Source of the DNA: an uncultured Gammaproteobacteria bacterium
GTDB taxonomy: Bacteria; Pseudomonadota; Gammaproteobacteria; Steroidobacterales; CAZJFQ01
Direction: 5' to 3'
NCBI GenBank assembly: GCA_964545335.1
Contig: CAZJFQ010000004.1
Span: 5,306-69,305 of the forward strand
DNA length: 64,000 nucleotides
The translations under genes were made by a program, and so were the position numbers. The notes under the pieces are model-generated. The model made no database searches, was not told the DNA's origin, and was given only the letters and a program-made list of their open reading frames with translations. Positions 58,476 through 64,000 of the stretch are shown piece after piece. How positions within the stretch are numbered: the first letter of the stretch is position 1; each line of letters opens with the position of its first letter.

Positions 58476-59015
58476 ATGTTGCGCGAACTGCCGGCACGAG
58501 TTGATCTGGCGGAACTCGTGACCGGTGCGAAGCGTTTATCGGGATCGGTTTCACTGGCCGCGTTGCCACGGTTGGTCGAGCTGCTCGAGAACAGCACCGG
58601 TACAATCGATGCGACGCTGGAATTTTATGGGCACCGCAGCGGACAGCCGACAGCACGCGGATCTGTAGACGCCAAGCTGGATTTGCAGTGTCAACGGTGT
58701 CTGGAGCCGGTCAGCGTTCCTATTTCGTCGACATTCGAAGTAATCTTTGTTCAGAGTGAAGATGAATTGCGGAACCTACAGCAGAAGATTGAGCCGTGGC
58801 TGACGGATGGCGATATTCTCGAATTGAACCGCTTAGTCGAGGAAGAAGTCATACTAGCCATGCCCGCAATTCCGGTTCACCGCGAAACGAGTGACTGCGG
58901 CAAACTGATACGGCAACTCGAATCTTATACGGCGCGAGGGCAGGCGACATCGACTGACCGGCCGTTTGATAAATTAAAGGGACTATTGTCGAATTCGCAA
59001 TCAGGAGAGAAATAA
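58476..59015 (+). CDS. yceD: YceD (DUF177) large-ribosomal-subunit RNA accumulation protein
   Basis: 179 aa from ATG 58476. Contains CQRCLEPV, and [10 protein letters not shown] matches the E. coli YceD layout. Lies upstream of rpmF. Confidence 0.85.
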   Translation: MLRELPARVDLAELVTGAKRLSGSVSLAALPRLVELLENSTGTIDATLEFYGHRSGQPTARGSVDAKLDLQCQRCLEPVSVPISSTFEVIFVQSEDELRNLQQKIEPWLTDGDILELNRLVEEEVILAMPAIPVHRETSDCGKLIRQLESYTARGQATSTDRPFDKLKGLLSNSQSGEK

Positions 59016-59209
59016 TGGCAGTTCAAAAGAGCAGGAAGACCCCATCCAAACGGGGTATGCGTCGGGCCCACGATGCTTTGAAAAACCCTGCGTTGTCCAT
59101 TGAGCAGACCACCGGCGAAACGCATCGTCGCCATCACGTGAGTGGAGACGGGTTCTATCGTGGTCGCCAGGTTGTCGAGGTTAAACAACCGGAAGAAGAT
59201 CTCGAGTAA
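59015..59209 (+). CDS. rpmF: 50S ribosomal protein L32
   Basis: 64 aa. Begins [22 protein letters not shown]. Confidence 0.97.
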   Translation: MAVQKSRKTPSKRGMRRAHDALKNPALSIEQTTGETHRRHHVSGDGFYRGRQVVEVKQPEEDLE

Positions 59210-59318
59210 TCCAAATCAGACCGTGCCGGCCAGGCCTGGTCGGTAACTCGCAAAAAAAAGCACAAAGTCGCATCGGCTGACAACAAAATAAGCGTTGCCG
59301 GCCGAGGGGGTAACACGG

Positions 59319-60335
59319 GTGCGCAGCCGCGGGCAAACGATTGCTGTTGATGCCATGGGCGGTGACCGGGGAGCAGAGGTAGCCGTCCCGGCCGCCCTTT
59401 CGGCATTGCGTGATCAGCCCACTATGCAACTCAAGCTGGTTGGATTGCCCGAGATAATAGGGCCGCTGGCGGCAGGTGCAGATGCCGGCGAGCGCAAGCG
59501 GATTGAAATCGTCGCGGCGTCTCAGGTTATCGGGATGGATGAGCCACCGCGCGACGCTCTGCGCAAAAAAAAGAATTCATCAATGCGCGTCGCGATCGAA
59601 TTGGTCAAGTCCGGCGTTGCGGACGCCTGTGTCAGTTCCGGTAATACCGGCGCGTTAATGGCAACGGCCCGATTTGTACTTAAGACCCTACCCGGGATTG
59701 ATCGCCCGGCAATCATTTCGGCTATTCCGGCAATCGGCGGTCACACGCACATGCTGGATCTCGGCGCAAACACGGACGCCACCCCCGAACAATTATTCCA
59801 GTTCGGCATCATGGGTTCCGTGGTTGCAGCGGATCTGCACAAAATCGACCGGCCGGCCGTTGGCCTGCTCAACATCGGGGAGGAGGAAATCAAAGGCAAT
59901 GCCGTGATACGCGATGCCGGCCGCCTGTTAGCAGCCAGCCAGTTGAACTATATCGGTTTTGTCGAAGGTGACGATATTTTTTCAGGTGATGTAGACGTCG
60001 TTGTTACAGATGGGTTTACCGGCAATGTATCTCTGAAAACGATGGAAGGCGTTACGCACATGCTCTCCAACTCGATTCGGGAAGAACTCTCACGTACCGT
60101 CATTAATCAGGTGCTCGGGGCCGCTGCAGCGCCAGTGCTGCGGTCGCTCAAAATCAGGCTGGATCCGCGCCGCTACAATGGGGCCACTCTGGTGGGCCTG
60201 AGCGGAATTGTGATAAAAAGCCACGGAGGCGCAGATGAGTTTGCATTCAGGAACGCCATTCATACGGCAATGATCGAGATCGACAAGGGCGTTCCGACTC
60301 AGATCAGCGAGTTGATTGACAAGCAAAATACATGA
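59319..60335 (+). CDS. plsX: Phosphate acyltransferase PlsX
   Basis: Contains IAVDAMGGD and GNTGALMA. The start is uncertain: the ORF opens at TTG 59295 and I chose GTG 59319. Confidence 0.92.
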   Translation: MRSRGQTIAVDAMGGDRGAEVAVPAALSALRDQPTMQLKLVGLPEIIGPLAAGADAGERKRIEIVAASQVIGMDEPPRDALRKKKNSSMRVAIELVKSGVADACVSSGNTGALMATARFVLKTLPGIDRPAIISAIPAIGGHTHMLDLGANTDATPEQLFQFGIMGSVVAADLHKIDRPAVGLLNIGEEEIKGNAVIRDAGRLLAASQLNYIGFVEGDDIFSGDVDVVVTDGFTGNVSLKTMEGVTHMLSNSIREELSRTVINQVLGAAAAPVLRSLKIRLDPRRYNGATLVGLSGIVIKSHGGADEFAFRNAIHTAMIEIDKGVPTQISELIDKQNT

Positions 60336-61300
60336 AGTATTCAAATATAACGGGCACCGGACGATATCTTCCGGACAAGGTGTTGACCAATTTCGATCTC
60401 GAGAAAATGGTCAATACAACCGATGAATGGATCCGCACGCGTACCGGAATCGAACGCCGCCATATTGCCGCCGACGATGAAACCACCAGCGATCTTTGCG
60501 TACACGCAGCTGTCGAGGCCATGGAGGCGGCAGGAGTGACGGCCGCTGACATTGATTTTGTGGTGGTTGGAACGACGACGCCCGATCTCGTTTTCCCCAA
60601 TGTCGGGTGTTTGATCCAGGATCGTCTGGACATACATGGCCCAGCGGCATTCAGTGTTGAAGCCGCCTGCAGCGGCTTTATTTACGCGCTTGCCATTGCC
60701 GACAAGTTTGTTCGCAGCGGCGAATCAAAGTGCGCATTGGTCCTTGGTGCTGAGACCCTGTCCAAGTTCGTGGACTGGACCGATCGCGACACCTGTGTGC
60801 TTTTTGGTGACGGTGCGGGGGCTGTGATACTTGAGCCTGCTGACGAACCGGGCATTATTTCTACACACCTGCACGCGGATGGAAAGTACAAGGATCTGCT
60901 GTTTTTTCCGTCAGGCGTGTCGAAAGGTTTTGATAATCTCAAGTCCGGCAAGGATTTCGTACGCATGCGTGGCAACGAGGTTTTCAAGGTAGCTGTGATG
61001 ACACTGGGCCGCATAGTGGATGAAACACTTCAAGCCAATAAGCTGGAAAAGTCGGATATCGACTGGGTGATACCCCATCAGGCGAACATACGTATCATCA
61101 ACGCGACCGCCAAGAAACTTGCGATGCCGATAGAGCGCGTCGTAGTGACGGTAACCGAGCACGGTAATACTTCAGCTGCATCAGTACCGATGGCGCTCGA
61201 TGTGGCAATACGCGACGGCAGAATCAAGCGTGGCGAGACACTGCTGCTCGAAGCTTTTGGCGGGGGATTCACCTGGGGTTCGGCACTGATCCGATACTGA
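60332..61300 (+). CDS. fabH: 3-oxoacyl-ACP synthase III
   Basis: 322 aa. Active-site AACSGF is present, with HQAN and GGGFTWG. Confidence 0.95.
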   Translation: MKYSNITGTGRYLPDKVLTNFDLEKMVNTTDEWIRTRTGIERRHIAADDETTSDLCVHAAVEAMEAAGVTAADIDFVVVGTTTPDLVFPNVGCLIQDRLDIHGPAAFSVEAACSGFIYALAIADKFVRSGESKCALVLGAETLSKFVDWTDRDTCVLFGDGAGAVILEPADEPGIISTHLHADGKYKDLLFFPSGVSKGFDNLKSGKDFVRMRGNEVFKVAVMTLGRIVDETLQANKLEKSDIDWVIPHQANIRIINATAKKLAMPIERVVVTVTEHGNTSAASVPMALDVAIRDGRIKRGETLLLEAFGGGFTWGSALIRY

Positions 61301-61402
61301 GGGCTGGACGCCCGAGATTACACGCAGCAGGCCGCAGTCCACAGCCATCGCGCCGGCAACAGCCCGCGTCTCATTTTTTTTAATCCGCTGCAGCCTGTGG
61401 TC

Positions 61403-61963
61403 TCAAAACAAGCGCGAGGGCTGCGTCTTCTGTCCCGCTGATGTTCTGTCTTTCTGCCGACGCCGGTGCATGCGTTCGTGCAGTGCCTTACGTTTTGCGA
61501 TCAGCTTTCTCGTTCGCTGGTCCCGATCCAGACCTGCTCGCATACGCCTTGACAAGGCGTCGCGAAATGCGCCGAAATCGTCATACGCGTCGATCACGTG
61601 TTGCATCTCCTGTAGGACGAGTTCGACCATGATGGCGTCATCGAGAAATCCCAACCCCGGGATATGATCCGGAATGAGGTCCTCGGGATCCGCGCAATAG
61701 GCAAGGGCACTCAAGACCTGTGATCTCTCGCGTGCAGGCAGCGCCCAATCTTCATCCCGCAGCATACCGATCAATGAGTGCATTCGGTCCATGCGTTCCT
61801 GAACATAGGCGGGAACCTTCACTTTGCGCACTTCCTTCAACATGTCTTCGCCGGCATGGATGATGTCTTCCTCTTCGGCGCAACGAACGGCAGCCCGCGC
61901 ACGCTTCATGACCCTGCGTAAATGACGCACATCAGCGTCGCTTATTTCAAAGGTAATGCGCAT
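61403..61963 (-). CDS. DUF1232 (YkvA-family) domain protein
   Basis: 186 aa. DLIPDHIPGLGFLDDAIMV is the DUF1232 core. The C-terminus is basic. Confidence 0.7.
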   Translation of the reverse strand: MRITFEISDADVRHLRRVMKRARAAVRCAEEEDIIHAGEDMLKEVRKVKVPAYVQERMDRMHSLIGMLRDEDWALPARERSQVLSALAYCADPEDLIPDHIPGLGFLDDAIMVELVLQEMQHVIDAYDDFGAFRDALSRRMRAGLDRDQRTRKLIAKRKALHERMHRRRQKDRTSAGQKTQPSRLF

Positions 61964-62201
61964 AGAGACTCCGGATTGACCCGAACCAAAAGCCTAAAGA
62001 CGCAACGCTCCGGGGTCAACCAAAAACGGGGCCAGATGCTGAGGCTGCATGGGAGAACGCGCGAACATGCTGACATCTATTGTGTCTCAAATTGGGATTG
62101 CTCGTCACGCTACGTTCCTTTCGGTACCATCCGCCGCTGGACAGCGGCGTCTGTGGAAGGGGTTCTGTTTGATTAGTCGCAGCCAGATCCAGTGGTGGGG
62201 C

Positions 62202-63719
62202 ATGTTGTCAGGACCGGTAGCGGCATTGCTTATCTACCTGCTCCTGCCCGACTCCTATACAACAGCCGCGGATAAATGGGTGCCATTGACACAGGCCGGT
62301 CGCGCAACAGCGGCGATCGGAATCTGGATGGCCATCTGGTGGTTAACTGAAGCGATCCCCGTGTATGCCACGGCGTTACTGCCACTGGCTCTGTTTCCCC
62401 TGACCGGCGCGGCCACAATTGAAGAGACCGCATCACGTTATGGGGACGATCTTATTTTTCTTTTTATGGGCGGATTCATTCTCGCACTGGCAATGGAGAA
62501 GTGGGGGCTGCACAAGCGCATTGCCTTTTCCGCATTGACACTGGTTGGTTCGGATCCCAGGCGCATCATCGGTGCCTTTATGCTCATCACGGCATTCATC
62601 AGCATGTTTGTAATGAATACGTCAACGACGATCATGATGCTGCCGATCGCAGTCAGCATAATCGGGTTACTTGGTTTCCGCGGCCGTGACAACGAAGGTC
62701 CAGAACAAACGAAAGCGACGCATGATGAGGCTCGCAATTTTTCGCTGTGTTTGTTGCTAGGAATCGCCTACGCAGCCTCGATCGGCGGCATTGGCACAAA
62801 GATCGGCACCGCGCCAAACGGAATCTTACTGGCGTTCATCAAAGATCGATTAGGCATTGATATCAGTTTTGCACAATGGATGGCGATTGGCGTCCCAGTT
62901 GTTCTCGCATTTTTACCGCTTGCCTGGCTGGTGCTCACACGATTGATCTTTCCGCTGAAATCCGCCCGACTCGAGGGCAGCGAGGCTTTGATTCGAAATG
63001 CACACGCAGCGCTGGGCAAAATTGATCGAGGTGAAGTGTTGACGTTGTTCGTGTTTCTGTTTGCTGCGGTGTTCTGGATTGCGCGGCCGGTACTTGTCGA
63101 AATAACGCTGGCGGGATATCAACCCTTCGGCGGCGTCACGGACGCCGGTATCGCGATCGTTGCCGCATTGTGCTTGTTCGCGATTCCGGTCGACATTCGC
63201 AGACGTGAGTTCGTAATGGACTGGGAAACCGCCGTACGTCTGCCGTGGGGGGTTCTCGTGTTGTTTGGCGGCGGTCTGAGCCTGGCCGCTGCGGTGGACA
63301 ACAACGGCGTGAGCGAATTTCTCGGGAGTCTGTCGAGTCAGCTCACCGGTTTGCCGGCAGTCGCCATTATCTTGCTGGTGGTTGCAATGCTTATATTTCT
63401 GACGGAACTGACCAGCAATACGGCGACGACGGCAACGCTGATTCCGGTACTCGCCGCGGTCGCCCCGGGGCTGGGACTGGATCCTCTCGTATTGATCGTC
63501 CCGGCAGGTATCGCTGCGAGCTGCGCGTTCATGCTGCCGGTGGCGACGCCCCCAAACGCTATCGTTTTCGGCACCGGACTGGTCCGGATTCCGGAAATGA
63601 GCCGGGCGGGGATCTGGCTCAACCTGATCGGCATCGTGCTGATTACCACCCTGATGTACCTGGTCGCGATGCCATTGCTGGGTGTCAAGGTTGCAGTTCT
63701 CGCCGGCGGCGGCGGATGA
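62202..63719 (+). CDS. DASS/SLC13-family anion:sodium symporter (dicarboxylate/sulfate type)
   Basis: Polytopic. Contains WWLTEAIPVYATALLP and the paired hairpin motifs SNTATTA and PPNAIVFG. The start is uncertain (ATG 62202 chosen, TTG 62169 possible, ORF opens at 62049). Confidence 0.85.
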   Translation: MLSGPVAALLIYLLLPDSYTTAADKWVPLTQAGRATAAIGIWMAIWWLTEAIPVYATALLPLALFPLTGAATIEETASRYGDDLIFLFMGGFILALAMEKWGLHKRIAFSALTLVGSDPRRIIGAFMLITAFISMFVMNTSTTIMMLPIAVSIIGLLGFRGRDNEGPEQTKATHDEARNFSLCLLLGIAYAASIGGIGTKIGTAPNGILLAFIKDRLGIDISFAQWMAIGVPVVLAFLPLAWLVLTRLIFPLKSARLEGSEALIRNAHAALGKIDRGEVLTLFVFLFAAVFWIARPVLVEITLAGYQPFGGVTDAGIAIVAALCLFAIPVDIRRREFVMDWETAVRLPWGVLVLFGGGLSLAAAVDNNGVSEFLGSLSSQLTGLPAVAIILLVVAMLIFLTELTSNTATTATLIPVLAAVAPGLGLDPLVLIVPAGIAASCAFMLPVATPPNAIVFGTGLVRIPEMSRAGIWLNLIGIVLITTLMYLVAMPLLGVKVAVLAGGGG

Positions 63720-63756
63720 TCGGTATAATGTGTAGGTGCCTGAAGTGCTTTTGACC

Positions 63757-64000
63757 ATGAGCGGAAGAACTGCGACTGACGGATTGATGCGACATGCCGG
63801 CGTGCGAATCGGATCGATTGCTTGCGCGGTCGTCATGTTGTCCGGCTTCATATCGGGCCGGGGGAATGCCGAAACATTTGTGCTGCCACCGCCAGACATC
63901 GACCTGGTGGGCAGTACCGCGACAGTAGTTTCGATATATGAGGATACGATGCCGCAGATTGCGCGTCGGCATGGTCTGGGCTACTGGGAAATTCTGTATG
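63757..64000 (+). CDS. L,D-transpeptidase (YbiS/YcfS/ErfK family), 5' fragment running off the window
   Basis: ATG 63757, open to the window end. Signal peptide, then FVLPPPDIDLVGSTATVVSIYEDTMPQIARRHGLGYWEIL, resembling the N-terminal region of E. coli LdtA-E. Confidence 0.6.
   Translation, partial: MSGRTATDGLMRHAGVRIGSIACAVVMLSGFISGRGNAETFVLPPPDIDLVGSTATVVSIYEDTMPQIARRHGLGYWEILY

Noticed and set aside
62913-63899. 328-aa ORF antisense to the DASS transporter
   Set aside because: Shadow ORF. Its composition (R, Q, H, D runs) is non-protein-like, and the sense strand encodes a convincing polytopic transporter.
1-64000. Search for CRISPR arrays, IS elements or inverted terminal repeats, integrases, tRNA/rRNA genes and classic defence genes
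   Set aside because: None seen. The only periodic element is the 7-bp array at 10821-10883, and no transposase- or recombinase-like ORF appears in any frame.

Overview
This 64-kb segment reads as gammaproteobacterial chromosome, roughly 53-60% G+C by eye, and is mostly core housekeeping. I call about 65 protein genes. I saw no rRNA, tRNA, CRISPR array, IS element, integrase or phage gene.

The conserved blocks, in order:
- recJ, a stand-alone lpxA, then prfB (with its programmed +1 frameshift) and lysS, then ygfZ.
- An SDHAF4-like gene, sdhCDAB, sdhE and ygfX.
- rpoE-rseABC, a glutaredoxin-like gene, then lepA-lepB-DUF4845-rnc-era-recO-pdxJ-acpS.
- rlmD, a CYTH protein, a signal-less YkuD protein, nagZ and an MTAP-family phosphorylase.
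- CsiV-like gene, mfd, and lolC/lolE/lolD.
- comEC-exbB-exbD-msbA-lpxK-ycaR-kdsB.
- A low-molecular-weight tyrosine phosphatase (LMW-PTP), rne, rluC, yceF, then yceD-rpmF-plsX-fabH.
- A DUF1232 protein, a DASS transporter, and the start of an L,D-transpeptidase.

Two stretches look accessory relative to the E. coli and Pseudomonas gene order as I remember it:
- **26.8-32.1 kb** carries a HAD hydrolase broken by an in-frame TAG, followed by a tightly packed set of envelope-directed genes of unknown role.
- **47.6-53.4 kb** is a divergently transcribed four-gene cassette wedged into the lipid A/Kdo neighbourhood. It encodes two polytopic alkaline-phosphatase-superfamily enzymes, a small YIDPGTGS-motif membrane protein, and a methyltransferase with a kinase-like N-terminal domain. 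This is my best candidate for an undescribed system, probably an envelope-modification module.

Smaller oddities:
- Homologues of both mitochondrial SDH assembly factors flank the sdh operon.
- A 7-bp tandem repeat sits in the sdhA-sdhB spacer.
- The YkuD protein next to nagZ may be cytoplasmic.
- yceD has a near-leaderless promoter geometry.

All functional calls rest on motifs I recognised by eye. No database search was run.
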